NCBI GenBank assembly: GCA_965235115.1
Contig: OZ249439.1
Span: 28,148,001-28,212,000 of the forward strand
Source: Laetmonice hystrix
Lineage: Eukaryota
Reading direction: 5' to 3'
Length of the DNA: 64,000 bases
Made by a program: the position numbers and the translations under genes. The notes below the pieces were generated by a model. That model was not told the DNA's origin. It worked only from the letters and a program-made list of their open reading frames with translations, and ran no database searches. Shown piece by piece: positions 1-11,124 of the stretch. The first letter of the stretch is position 1, and every line of letters starts with the position of its first letter.

Positions 1-933
1 CAGATGATCGTTTAGGATAGTTCCCTGCCATGGTGCGGCGGCATTGAACACAACACGAACTTTCCCCGGCTTGTTTTCATTAATCACTCCAAAGTGTGGA
101 AGATACCATGTTTTGGGTGTGGTCCTTGCTATTTCTGCCTCGGTCATCAGGTGCGTGTACCCAAGTCCGATGTACTTGTTCATTGTCTGAGTGTATAATT
201 CTTTATACTGGGTATCTTTCTCAAATTTCCTGAGTAATGAGGCATAGCGTCGCTGGGCTGAAGGTCTGTTGTCTGGTAAATGCTCCTGCCTTTCCCTCCA
301 CAGCATCGGAACCTCATAATGGCCATCCGCGAACTTAGTGTGCTTCTCTAGAAGCTGCATGGCTATCCTATCTTCTGTAGACGAAGGCTGATTCACCTCA
401 GATCTAACTCCAAATGACTCTGTGGACCAAAATTTCTGGATCTGTTTATGTAGTTGTTCTTCTGTCTGCATGAAGTTTATGTACATTTCCAATTCCTCGT
501 TTGACTCTGATCTTGTGTTTTCTGTTCCCATAATACTCCATCCCAGCTTTGTACGGACGGCTATGGGTTGATCGTTCTCTCCCCGCCTTACGTCCAACTG
601 CAGATGGGCCTCAGGGCAATCGATGCCAATCAATAGCTTCACTTCAGATGGGTCGATATTCTCGGGAATCCCAAGGCCTTTGCAGTGATCCCAAGCTGGA
701 TTGAGTTTTTGGGACAGGCATCCAAAAGGCTCCTTATCCACTGTCCAGGCTCTACGTATGTGGAGTGTCTGAGCCAAAGCTGGGTCCTGGGACCTTACTC
801 TAAAGGCTACCTTACGTGATTGTTCAGTCGATTGAGAGTTCATTGTCTTGATAGTCAAAGGTAGTTTTTCCCCCTTAAGACCGAGATCCTTTACCAGGGA
901 ACTGTGAATCAATGTAAGCTGGCTTCCTGAATC
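1..933 (-). pseudogene. Pao pol fragment: aspartic protease and start of reverse transcriptase
   Basis: Hand translation is stop-free from 933 to 1: DSGSQLTLIHSSLVKDLGL...VKLLIGID...AVRTKLGW...YEVPMLW...WYLPHFGVINENKPGKVRVVFNAAA. The usual FDA Asp is Asn. Out of frame with gag by 2 extra nt at CTT-CTT-GG-GAT. Confidence 0.88.
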
Positions 934-2111
934 CCAAGAAGAGCTACTGTTGGAATAGTACATCCGTTGTTCCCACTAGCGTACACAAGAACTAGCTGGA
1001 AAAAGGTAGACTGGCTGGGCTGTAATGGTGATTGTGTCCCATAGTGAACAATCTTTGTCTCTTCAACTTTTGTGGCTGTCCCACCTGAGTGCAAAAGTGT
1101 ATGATGCCTCTTACCGCAGGCTGCTACCTTGCATGAAACTTTCGAAAAACAGTCTTTCACGAAGTGATTTGATTTCAAACAGTTCAGACACAATTTTTGA
1201 GCTTTGACAAAGTCGTGTCTCTCCGTAACCTCCTTAGCAAGGAATCCTGGGCACTTGTAGATGGAGTGTTGGGCTTGACAAAAACTACAGACCTTCGGAA
1301 ATACCGATTTGTGACTTTCGACTTGTTCGACTGTACTTTTAAACTTTTGTGAAGCAAAGTCCCCTTTTGAAGTTACCGTGTTAAGTAATGTCGATGGCTT
1401 AGCTCTTGAACCGTCTTCCATCTGTCTCTCCTTGTGTCTGGGTTCACTCCTCTGATAACTCAGAGCGTAGGGGTTTGAATCTGTGACAAGACAGGCTTGC
1501 AACCAATCCCTCAAGTCGCAGATGGTTGGCTCTCGATTTCGTATCACCTTGGAGATAAACCGGTTCCAGTAACCTGTTTTATCCATTGGTATGCGACGAG
1601 CTGCCCTGACTAAGATGTCTGTCCCATACAAATCGGCGGTATAGTTGAGTCGGGTTAATGTCACGATGCAGTCTCTGACGTTAACAAAGAATGATCTGAG
1701 TGCGCCCACATTATGCGATAACAGGATGGGTCCCGTGGTTATTTGCTCAAGGTAGGCCCTGGCGACTTTGTTCCGATGTCCGAACATCCGTTTCAGCTCT
1801 TGAAGGGTCTCGGCATAACATCTTCCACTAAATCCTAAGCCTTGCACAAATTTCCTAGCATCTCCCATCAAATGAGCCTGCAGTACATCCAGCCTCCGAG
1901 TATCAGTGATCCCTGGTTTCATGTGGACTTGGTCGTGAAATCTCTCGATAAATTTTGGCCAATCTCTGGCAGATCCGTTGAACGTGGGAAGTTCCAAAGG
2001 TGGTAGTCCTTTTTCACTTTCGCTCTTGATAAGGTAGGCTGCTATCCTATCCTGCTCACCCAATGCGAACATGTCTGGACGCAGAGTGGTTTCTTGACCA
2101 GGGATCAGCAC
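909..2111 (-). pseudogene. Pao Gag core (DUF1759-type) with zinc knuckles
   Basis: ORF track, 400 aa: LELPTFNGSARDWPKFIERF, CSFCQAQHSIYKC, CLNCLKSNHFVKDC, CKVAACGKRHHTLLH; ends at TVALL just before the shifted DSG. Confidence 0.88.
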
Positions 2112-2226
2112 GTTTAATTATAAGTAGAGATCCATCCATCTATCGACTGCATGTTCATGTCATCTCTAAGTGGCCATTCCCTAGCCTGAGGATTCAATTC
2201 TGACTTGATGTGTATAGCCTTATTTT

Positions 2227-2404
2227 TGTTGTAAATCACGTTTTATTCTCATTCAAAACATGTGCTTCTTGACTTACAGAGTCCCATGCGCGCTAACCCA
2301 CAGTGACCCGGATGTAGTTCTACAGCAAGCAGGCACGCGCATAACAACAAACACTATGGTGTGCCATAAGGCATTTAACCGTTTAAGCTTTTGTATATTT
2401 AACA
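2227..2404 (-). repeat. copia 3' LTR
   Basis: Direct repeat of 6513-6690, TG..CA termini, preceded on the minus strand by the purine tract GAGAAGGAG (2405-2413). Confidence 0.97.
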
Positions 2405-2495
2405 CTCCTTCTCAAAACTTAAAAACAGTTACCCAGGAAACTCTGGATGCATACAATATACATCAGTCTTACCAACTAATATAGAGACTAACTCA

Positions 2496-5400
2496 CTAAT
2501 ACAGAGCATTAACTCCTAACATAGTACTCAGTTTGAGATGTTTTTCACGACTCACACCCTTTATTAATATATCAGCTAGCATGTTTTCGGAGCTACAATA
2601 CTCCAAACACACAGTTTTCTTTTCCACCTGATCTCGAGTGAAATGATACTTGATTGCAATGTGCTTCATTCGGCCATGAAACTGTGGGTTCTTCGCTATT
2701 TCGATTGCAGCCTGATTATCCTCAAAAATAACCATTGCACCGACCTGATTACAACCAAGATCCTTTGAGATATCTTTCAACCATACAGCCTCCTGAGTCA
2801 CACTCGCGAGGGCTACATACTCTGCCTCTGCAGTCGATAGGGCTACGCACAATTGCTTTCGGCTACTCCAGCTCACAGGAGCTCCACTCATGATGAAAAC
2901 ATACCCGGATGTGGATTTTCTATCACTTTTGTCCCCAGCCCAGTCCGCATCACAATATCCAACACATTGCTCCTTCTCATCTCTGACGTACATCAAACCA
3001 TAATTTTCTGTTCCTTTCAGGTATCTGAGAATTCTTTTTAAAGCTGACCAATGTTCTTTTGTTGGACAGGAACAGAATCTCGCCACACTGCCTACTGCAA
3101 AAGCGATGTCTGGTCGGGACCACGTTGAGAGATACAACAAGCTCCCAACAGCTGACTGATACAAGTCGCGATCGACCGTACAGATTCCATTATCTGCCTT
3201 CACTAGCGTTGTACTGGTATCCACGGGTGTTGACACCGATTTTGCTTCTTCCATGCCATACGTCTGCAGTATCTTTCTAGTATAGCCCTTTTGATTGATA
3301 GAGATACCCTGGTCACTCTGAATGAACTGCATTCCCAGGAACGATTTTAGTTCCCCCAAGTCCTTTACTTCAAAACTTTTTGCAATGCTATCCTTCACTT
3401 TTCTCATCTGCTTATCTGATTTTGTAGCAATGAACAAGTCATCAACATGGACCCCTACAATGACCATTTCTCCTTCTTTTCCAGTGAGTGTGTATAGACA
3501 TGGGTCACTCCTGGATTGAGCAAAACCCTGGCTTTTCAGGTGCTCATCAAGTTTTTCATTCCAATAGCGGGAAGACTGTTTTAATCCATAAAGACTCTTT
3601 TTTAACTTACAAACCAGATTCTCTTTTGCTTTTACTGCATAACCTTGCGGTTGTTCCATGTATACCTCATCATTCAGAATTCCGTTTAGGAACGCTGTAT
3701 CGACATCCATATGATGCACTCTGAAACCCCTTTTTGCAGCTATGGCCATTACCATACGTACTGACTCGGGTCTAACCACCGGACTAAAAGTTTCATTGTA
3801 ATCACTACCATATCTTTGGGAATAACCTTGGGCTACAAGACGGGCCTTATATCTCTCCACTTCGCCTTCCGCATTGACCTTCACCTTAAAAACCTACCTA
3901 TTACCCACAGCCTTCCGGCCTTCTGGGAGCTCAACTAGTTCCCATACATCCTTTTTCTGAAGGGACTTCAACTCCTCAGCCACTGCAACTTCCCACTTTG
4001 ACCTCTCTGCACTGGCCATGGCTTCTCCCAGGTTTTTCGGCTCCTTAGGCTCTGACTGAACTAAGGTCACCCACTCTCCATAGCGGCCGGGTGGGTGTCT
4101 TTCCCTGTTAGATCGTCTCAGACAATCATCTTCTGCATATTCAACTACAGGTTCTTCTGTGTTTTGTTCACTGTCACCTGAACCTAGTTCTACATACTGC
4201 TTCACCTGCTCCTTTTCTGCTTCAAAACCTTTGTTTTCCTCAACAAAAAGTACATCTCGGCTATAAAATACCTTCCTTCGTTGGTTGTCATATAACCTGT
4301 ACCCCTTCCTCTGTTCACCGTATCCCAAGAAAATACATTGTCTCGCCTTAGGATCTAACTTATCTCTTTCATCTTTTGGAATATGAGCGAAAGCCTTACA
4401 TCCAAAAACTTTCAAAAGCTTAACATTCGGCTTTTTTCCAGTCAGTTCTTCCACAGTTCTTGTTCCTTGTAGCACGTTGGTTGGGCATCTGTTCCTAATG
4501 TAGACGGCGGTAGACAGGGCCTCTGCCCAAAACTGGTGTGGTAAGTTCGAATCTGACAGCATGGATCTTACCATCTCCACCAAGGTTCTATTCAACCGCT
4601 CTGCACACCCATTTTGTTCGGGCGTTTTTGGAATTGTCAGCTCATGCTTTATACCATTAACTTTGAGAAAATTCTCAAACTGACTAGATATATACTCTCC
4701 TCCATTGTCCGTGCGGAGAGCTTTTATCTGCCTACCAGTTGCCTTCTCCACCATGACTTTGAACTCCTTGAATTTTTCATACACCTCATCTTTTCGTTTT
4801 AAGACATATACCCAGGTATACCTTGACTTATCATCTACAAAGGTTAGGAAATATTGGGCACCACTTAGCGACTGCGTGCTAATCTTTCCACAGACATCAC
4901 TGTGTATCAACTCTAACACCTCTTGACACCGTTTTGAATCACTAGAGGGAAACTTACTTCGGTGATGTTTTCCAGCTGCACACGGCTCGCAGAAGCTGAT
5001 TTCCTTGTTCACATCATAAGTAAAACCCTCCACCAGATTCTCTCTCGCCAGTTTTCTTAATGATTGAACATTGAGGTGGCCATAACGGCGATGCCAAACA
5101 TCCTCCTTTTTGTGATCAACCACATACACCTGTTCACACTGTGCAATGTTTAGATGGTACAAGTTTCCTACACGCCTGGCTGACGCAACCACTGTACCAC
5201 TATTGCTTCTGATTTTACATCCTGAACCACTGAACTCAGTTGTCTTACCAGTTTTTCCTACTTGGGATACACTCAGTAGGTTATACGACAAATCAGGTAC
5301 ATACTGAACATTGGAGAGCCTACATTTCTGAACTTTACCCTTAGACAGTTCCATGTACAAAACTACATCACCAGTTCCTACTGCACCCAAACTTCGACCA

Positions 5401-6347
5401 TCACCAAGTGTTACTTTCACAGGACTTTTTAAACCAACGAACTTTGCAAACATTCTACGATCATTACACATGTGACAGGTAGCACCCGAGTCTACTAACC
5501 AAGCATTTGATCCATCAGAGTTTGTTGCCACAGCATGACAGGCAACAAGACCGATACTCTCATCACTGGAATCATTACTTTTGGTTTCTGCTTTGTTGAC
5601 TCTCTGCTGCACAGGACGTTTTGACCTTGCTTCTGCACCTTTTGCACCTGATTTTAGTTTCTGTAATTTACGACACTTTCTCTTTATGTGACCAAAAGCC
5701 CTACAGTGATAACACATTGGTCCCTTTTTGTCTTGAGAAAACAAAACCTTATCTGAATGTTCATCACCGCGCTCACTTATTTTCCGCTCTTCATGCATTA
5801 GTCTTTCGACCACAACGTCCATCTTTGGCACCTCGGCATTTGCCTCAAAAACTGTGACGAGCATGTCGAACTTCTCAGGAAGACTCGCTAGTAGGTACAC
5901 TACTCTATCCTCTTCACTTATCTGGTCACCAACCGCAGATAATTCCGTGAAGATTTCCGTCATCCGTTTCACATGCGCTTGCACTGACTCGCTATCTTTT
6001 AATTTCAACGTGAAAAGTTTGCGCCTCAGAGTCAGCTTGTTTGCCCAAGTCGGTTTTTGGAAGTGATTACACAACAAGTCCCACACTTCCTTTGGATTTT
6101 GCGGCTCCCCCAGCAGATAGAGAAGTGACGGGTCCACTGCAAGGACTACCACCGCCAGCGCTCTGTCACTCCTGGCTACAAACTTGGCTCTATCGTTAGC
6201 TCCCTCAGGTTCTAGCTCAGCTCCTGTAACGATCCTCCAGAGGTTGTCCTTCATCAGTGCCATTTGACACTGAAGCTTCCACGTGGGGTAATTTTTTCCA
6301 TTCAGTGGAACGATGGGATTAGTACTCATGGTGCCTGATGCCGCCAT
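2496..6347 (-). CDS. copia Gag-Pol polyprotein (1283 codons) with one in-frame TAG at 3894-3896
   Basis: LNGKNYPTWK gag, CYHCRAFGHIKRKC knuckle, WLVDSGATCHM protease, IHSDVCG/VDDKSR/RTDNGGEY/NGCAERLNRTL integrase, KARLVAQG/HVDDL RT, CDADWAGD/STAEAEY RNase H. ORFs 3894-6347 and 2496-3884 are in one frame: KAVGNR*VFKVK, where Trp is canonical. Confidence 0.95.
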
Positions 6348-6498
6348 CTTGTCTGGAAAGCCTCACGTGTCTCACACAAAAATGTCGAAAACACAATCAA
6401 GCATTAAGCTCGCTTCCCGTTCACAAACAAGATTCTTCTCAACACCAGAAGTGTCTCCGGCTTGTCACCTTTTGAGAGTCCTACTTCTCATTCGCTGT

Positions 6499-6512
6499 CT
6501 GGGCCCATAACC
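6499..6512 (-). promoter_or_regulatory. Primer binding site, initiator tRNA-Met half-molecule type
   Basis: GGTTATGGGCCCAG directly abuts the 5' LTR; this is the PBS type used by Drosophila copia. Confidence 0.9.
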
Positions 6513-6690
6513 TGTTGTAAATCACGTTTTATTCTCGTTCAAAACATGTGCTTCTTGACTTACAGAGTCCCATGCGCGCTAACCCACAGTAACCCGGATG
6601 TGGTTCTACAGCAAGCAGGCACGCGCATAACAACAAACACTATGGTGTGCCATAAGGCATTTAACCGTTTAAGCTTTTGTATATTTAACA
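6513..6690 (-). repeat. copia 5' LTR
   Basis: Direct repeat of 2227-2404, followed on the minus strand by the PBS. Confidence 0.97.
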
Positions 6691-7502
6691 GTTTTCTACA
6701 TGTGGATGAGCTGGCGCTGACTCTTGAACTGGGGCTTCCTCGACTCCGGTTGTCATTTCTTGTATCAGTGTTTGGGACTCTATCCTGAGTTTGTCTGTAT
6801 GAGGCTTCTGTACCTCCGGTTTCTCCACTTCTGGTGTTTCCTTTGTAGGTGCTCCACCGGCCACGTCATCCAACCACTGTCCCAACCTGGCTGCAGTATC
6901 AGCCTTTGGAATTTGTGAAGTGTTAGACACAGCTGTATCCCCACGATTTGAGGAATTTTCTGCCAATTCCCTCGTGTGTCTCGCTGTTAACTCTCCCTTT
7001 TCAAGGATGGTGTACGCTTCCAGCTGTGCCTGTTCCATAGCGAGGGTGGCCTGTTTTGTGTGAATCTCCGCCTGGTATCTGGCCTGTTTCAGTTCAAGTT
7101 TAGCTTTCTCAGCCTCCCACTGTAGTTTGCTAAGCGCAGTTGATTTAGGAGTGGTGCTGTTGACTGAGCTTGAGTATTCACTTGAATTTCTCGTGACTGA
7201 AGGAAGGCTCTTGCTAAGCAGACGGCTGTCAATCTCCTAATGAAGTCTAGTGGCCACTTGTCGGCGCTCCCCGAACCACTCATCTGCTGTCTTTAAATCC
7301 TCTGCAAGTTGAAGTTGTTGACAGTACAGAGCATTAGTTTCCTCCAAAGTATCAAGTGCTTGGCGAATGTTTTCCGAACATTCTCTCAGGTGGCGTTTTG
7401 ATCTATCCTGCTGAAATCCATTCAATGCCTTGTTGACATAACAAGTTAAGACTCCTGCTTGGTTTGACCTCATCTTCTTCAAAGCTTTGCTGTATTCTCC
7501 AT
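6691..7502 (-). pseudogene. Pao Gag N-terminal coiled-coil region
   Basis: ORFs 7237-7482 and 6685-7038 are in one frame, separated by a single TAG at 7237; the frame continues past the copia insertion into 2226-2117. Confidence 0.7.
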
Positions 7503-8339
7503 AGTGATGGACCGATGATGTAATTTAAACTTTTGTTGAGGAGTGACTTTTGTAGTGGGTTACTAAATGAAGATGTATTGTAGACTTCATCCGAGAACAA
7601 TGTGTATGAAGCTATATGTGTTTATTCCATGAGAAACCTCTACTGGGTGGACACTGTCGCATGGTACAGAGCACGCTGGAGTACATGGAAACATTGTTGG
7701 ACTGTTGACTCGGATGTGGTTTAACACACGTGGACTCTATTAAAACTGGTAGAGCACTGTCTCACTAATGCTGGTTGGTAGATATTGTTGTTTATAGGTC
7801 TAGTATGAGAAGTTCAGAACGTTAAGTGAAGTTCTACCCTAATGTGTTTCACAACAAACAAGCATGGCGGCACATACAAGTGCGCTAACAACAAACATGG
7901 CGGCTATACTTTGTATCAAAACTCTGACCAAATATTTTCCAGTTTTACACATAGTTCATGGTACTTACATTACATCATGATAACCGCAGAAATAAACAAT
8001 CACTTCAACGCTTCAAACACTAGGCTCCAGCCATCCCAGAAGCGAGAAACCGGCCCCAACCCGCCGACGAGCAGCAAACGTCTCCCAGCGCTCAGAAATG
8101 TTTTGAAAATGGTGAAGAGCCTCGTTCCCGCAAAGAGATACAAAACGTCATTGACGGAATTCCCCAAGGAGAACCCCCCGCCACGGCTCTGCCACAAAAA
8201 TAGCGCCGATTCGCTACTGGAGGAAGTCCATGCTGCCAAGGCCATGCTGCCAAGGCCTTTTTGGACCCCTGTGGATCCGCCACTGTCAACATTGCAAGCT
8301 AGCACCTGTGATCGACCTGTCCAGCATCGGCAGCTTGGC

Positions 8340-9141
8340 GCTGTCTAGACCAGTCCCGTTGTCTGTAATGAGAGGGGACAGGCCTGGAAAAAGCTGAAGG
8401 TCTGTCACCAGCACGCATGACCTTGGCATCCCGAGCAGCATGGACTTCCTCCAGTAGCGAATCCAGAGCCTGCGATATCTCCGGTTTGAAGGATGCTAGC
8501 GTACGGGAACGTAATTCAGTGCCATACCTTTGTTTGACAAGTCGGGGTAAGTCACTATGTATCAGCCGTAGCCAAGTGAGAATGATGAAATTCTCCAGGG
8601 AAGGGGATAACTCTTCATCTTCTCGCACCTGATTACCATGGTGAGTGATCCCCCCATCAGCTCTCAGCAGGCTGTCTTCCACGAATGCCATAATTCTCTG
8701 AAATAAGTCCTCAGGGCGCTCCTCGGGTAACAAGCGAATATCAGCAAAGTCTATAAAGCTAGCTCCAGTAGAATGAAAGCCAAAGTGCATCCGAATAGAC
8801 TGCCAGATCCCATTCAGCGATGTGGAATTTTTCACGATTGTGTTACGTGAAATAATAGGGCAGTAGTTGGCAATTTGCCCCAGAAGAAGTTCACGTTGTG
8901 CCACTTTCTGTTCTGCAGTACGTCTGCGAGCTTCAGGCACAGTTCCAGGGTCATTTTGCAGTCCTCGTAGGGGAGATGCTCTGCTTTTCTTCTCCCAAAC
9001 CACACCATCTTCTAAAAATGGAGCAAAGTTGGGGTCCAGTGAAAGGGTGTATGGTAGGTTTTGACGCCAACTTTCGAAACTAGTGATGGTTTCAGTCTTA
9101 GTGAGACACCACTGCTTTGGGGCTCTTGAAGTACTCGCCAT
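8340..9141 (-). mobile_element. Gypsy-like LTR retrotransposon gag, 3'-truncated
   Basis: [81 protein letters not shown] matches, from recall, a marine-invertebrate Gypsy Gag type. No pol follows; the ORF ends in a rearranged junction at 8208-8339. Confidence 0.7.
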
Positions 9142-9875
9142 GGCTGCGTTCGGATGGGCTGTTCTTGATGTTCCTGAACACTTCAGGAACATGTTCCTGA
9201 TCATCCAAACAACATGCACCTGGAACATGTTCCTCATAGCACCATCCAAACTCCGAGAACTATAACCTTACAAAATGGCTGCACCCAGCAATGATGAATC
9301 ACTAGTTCTTTCAAAATGTGACAGCGTGATGCCTTTGCCTTGGTAGTTGTTTTAGGATTTTTTTTGGGGGGGGGGGGCAAGGCCTTTTTGGACCCCTGTG
9401 GATCCGCCACTGTCAACATTGCAAGCTAGCACCTGTGATCGACCTGTCCAGCGTCGGCAGCTTGGCTTAGCGCAACTGCCGCCAGTTTCACAACACCCAG
9501 TGCCACAGCGGCTGTGTTTACCACATAGGCCTAGGCCTAACTGCTCTTCTTGGTCAGTCAATTACCGGTATCCTATATGATTGATACTAAGCATCTTTTC
9601 TTTCAAAATAACTCTACTGTTCATGAATAAATATACAAATATTCCAATTTTGACATGAGAACACTGTATATGAATGAGAACACTGACGTTGATGGTATGC
9701 AGTCCGCCATATTTGTTCTTCTCACCCCTGCCTTGTTGGGGAGTGGGGAGAACAATGTTCATGAACATGTTCAGCACTGTTCGGATGAAAAGAACAACGT
9801 TCGTATTCGTTCCTCAGTCCATCCAAACAACAAGAACATGTTCGAGTGTCAAGAACAGCCCATCCGAACGCAGCC
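9142..9875. mobile_element. PIF/Harbinger-type MITE (734 bp) inserted at the Gypsy gag start codon
   Basis: 27-bp TIRs GGCTGCGTTCGGATGGGCTGTTCTTGA (from 9142) and reverse complement ending 9875; 3-bp TSD CAT (9139-9141, 9876-9878). Confidence 0.85.
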
Positions 9876-9920
9876 CATGATTGGCCTTTACTGTCACTCG
9901 TCTGCCTGATAGTGATACTG

Positions 9921-10073
9921 GGGCCGGTTTTACTAAAGAGTCGAAAATAACGACGTCGAAAATTTAACATAGAAGTGAATGGGTTGTTAGGTCGAAAATA
10001 ACGACCTAGCAACCATTCACTTCTATGTTAAATTTTCGACGTCGTTATTTTCGACCTTTAGTAAAACCGGCCC
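9921..10073. mobile_element. Palindromic Harbinger-type MITE (153 bp)
   Basis: Near-perfect foldback GGGCCGGTTTTACTAAAG..CTTTAGTAAAACCGGCCC; TSD CTG/CTG. Confidence 0.9.
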
Positions 10074-10247
10074 CTGATAATTGAACACTACCTGAGACCG
10101 AATCGACGTCTGCTCGAGGTTGAATGGCGTCAGTGTAGTGGTGTCTCTGTCGTGCTCGGCAGTACAGTTCACTGCCGTCCAAACTTGGTCCAGAATTACC
10201 CTGTTGTCAAATGGTTGCGTATCTTGGGAACTGAGGTGCTTTGTCTT

Positions 10248-10267
10248 GATCCCACCCGCTGCCGCCA
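10248..10267 (-). promoter_or_regulatory. Possible tRNA-Leu-type PBS of the Gypsy-like element
   Basis: TGGCGGCAGCGGGTGGGATC resembles the complement of a tRNA-Leu 3' end; about 215 nt upstream of gag once the two MITEs are removed. No adjacent LTR recognised. Confidence 0.4.
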
Positions 10268-10681
10268 CGCCACGGCCGACGATGCACAACGATGACAACA
10301 GTTTGGAGAACACAAACGTTTATATATCAGCCTATATGACAAGGTGACCCCGAAGCCCAATGCCGCTCGGCGGAAGTCACAGGCGCCCCCTGGTGTAAGC
10401 GCAAACGCCACCTAGTGCAGAGCTCATCAAAGTCTATGGCGCAGTATCTAGTCGATCAAAGAGACTTATCTGCTGCATGGTTATTCATTGGCAGTGCCTC
10501 AACGTGTCTGCGTGAACAGTATCACGTACTGTGCCCCCATTGTCGCATCATTCCAGTCTTGAGGTCAGACTTTGGCTTCTGGAAAGGAAAGGAAGTTAGA
10601 TACTCCCGAAGCCAATCTTACACCCAACTTTGGTCCAGTAGAGCGTCTATCCCTTGGTAACGGGTGGGAGTACAATTGTAC

Positions 10682-10868
10682 ACAATGTCCAACCAGACCT
10701 CTCTGCCAGTCCCAGTGTACGGTTTTCCCGGCTACAGGTTCTACGTCCTTCATGTGACGGGCCTGGTGAGTCTGGCCATCAGTGAGCAGTGAGTACGGCC
10801 GTGGTGGTCGTCCTGCCACCTGTCGGCCGATCCTTCTGGTCCCGGACCATACAGTGACTAATCATGTG
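10682..10868 (+). pseudogene. Internally deleted duplicate of the downstream GPCR gene
   Basis: ATG at 10685 and about 165 nt nearly identical to 11125-11290 with an indel, fused to ATACAGTGACT-AATCATGT, which matches the GPCR 3' UTR near 12700-12720. Confidence 0.85.
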
Positions 10869-11124
10869 TGACTTATAAGGGCACCCTCATGCACTCATCC
10901 CCGCACTGTGAAGCGATAAGTCGAACCAGATAGCATTCTAAAATTAAGGAAGAGGACACTGACTTATCATCTACCTCTTGTCAAGAAAGAAAACTGTCTT
11001 TCGAAGCAATATTGCCAGCGGGATTGATATTCTCTGTTTCCGGACATTATGATATTGGAGTATACATACTGAATTGAACATACTTAAATTGAACTTTTTC
11101 TTCTAGTGGAATTGGCCCAATACA

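Larger units (their letters stand above)
2227..6690 (-). mobile_element. Ty1/copia LTR retrotransposon, structurally complete (4464 bp)
   Basis: 178-bp LTRs TGTT..AACA at 2227-2404 and 6513-6690 (3 mismatches); PBS, PPT; gag-PR-IN-RT-RH order; 5-bp TSD ATTTT (2222-2226) / GTTTT (6691-6695). Confidence 0.97.
1..7502 (-). mobile_element. BEL/Pao LTR retrotransposon, decayed; runs off the window edge; interrupted by a copia element at 2227-6690
   Basis: Gag N-terminus 7502-6691 rejoins in frame at 2226 across the copia TSD (..HVEN|KAIHIK..). Then Pao Gag core (LELPTFNG..W..F), three Cys/His knuckles, protease LLDSGS and Pao RT start WYLPHFGV..KPGKVRVVF. Lesions: frameshift near 7484, TAG at 7237, frameshifts near 2118 and 934. 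Its LTR could not be delimited. Confidence 0.9.

Noticed and set aside
925-945. Programmed -1 frameshift between Pao gag and protease
   Set aside because: No slippery heptamer at the site, it splits the LLDSG motif, Pao elements normally have one ORF, and the element has other lesions.
3894-3896. Programmed stop readthrough in copia
   Set aside because: The TAG replaces the conserved Trp at the start of RT rather than sitting at a gag/pol boundary; one TGG-to-TAG change explains it.
7500-8207. 5' LTR/PBS of the Pao element or 3' end of the Gypsy element
   Set aside because: No second copy in the window and no convincing PBS; ORFs 7842-8348 and 8000-8305 have no recognisable motifs apart from the inverted gag piece.
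8251-9466. 89-bp direct repeats flanking gag as LTRs
   Set aside because: No TG..CA ends, PBS, PPT or TSD, and one copy lies inside a MITE.
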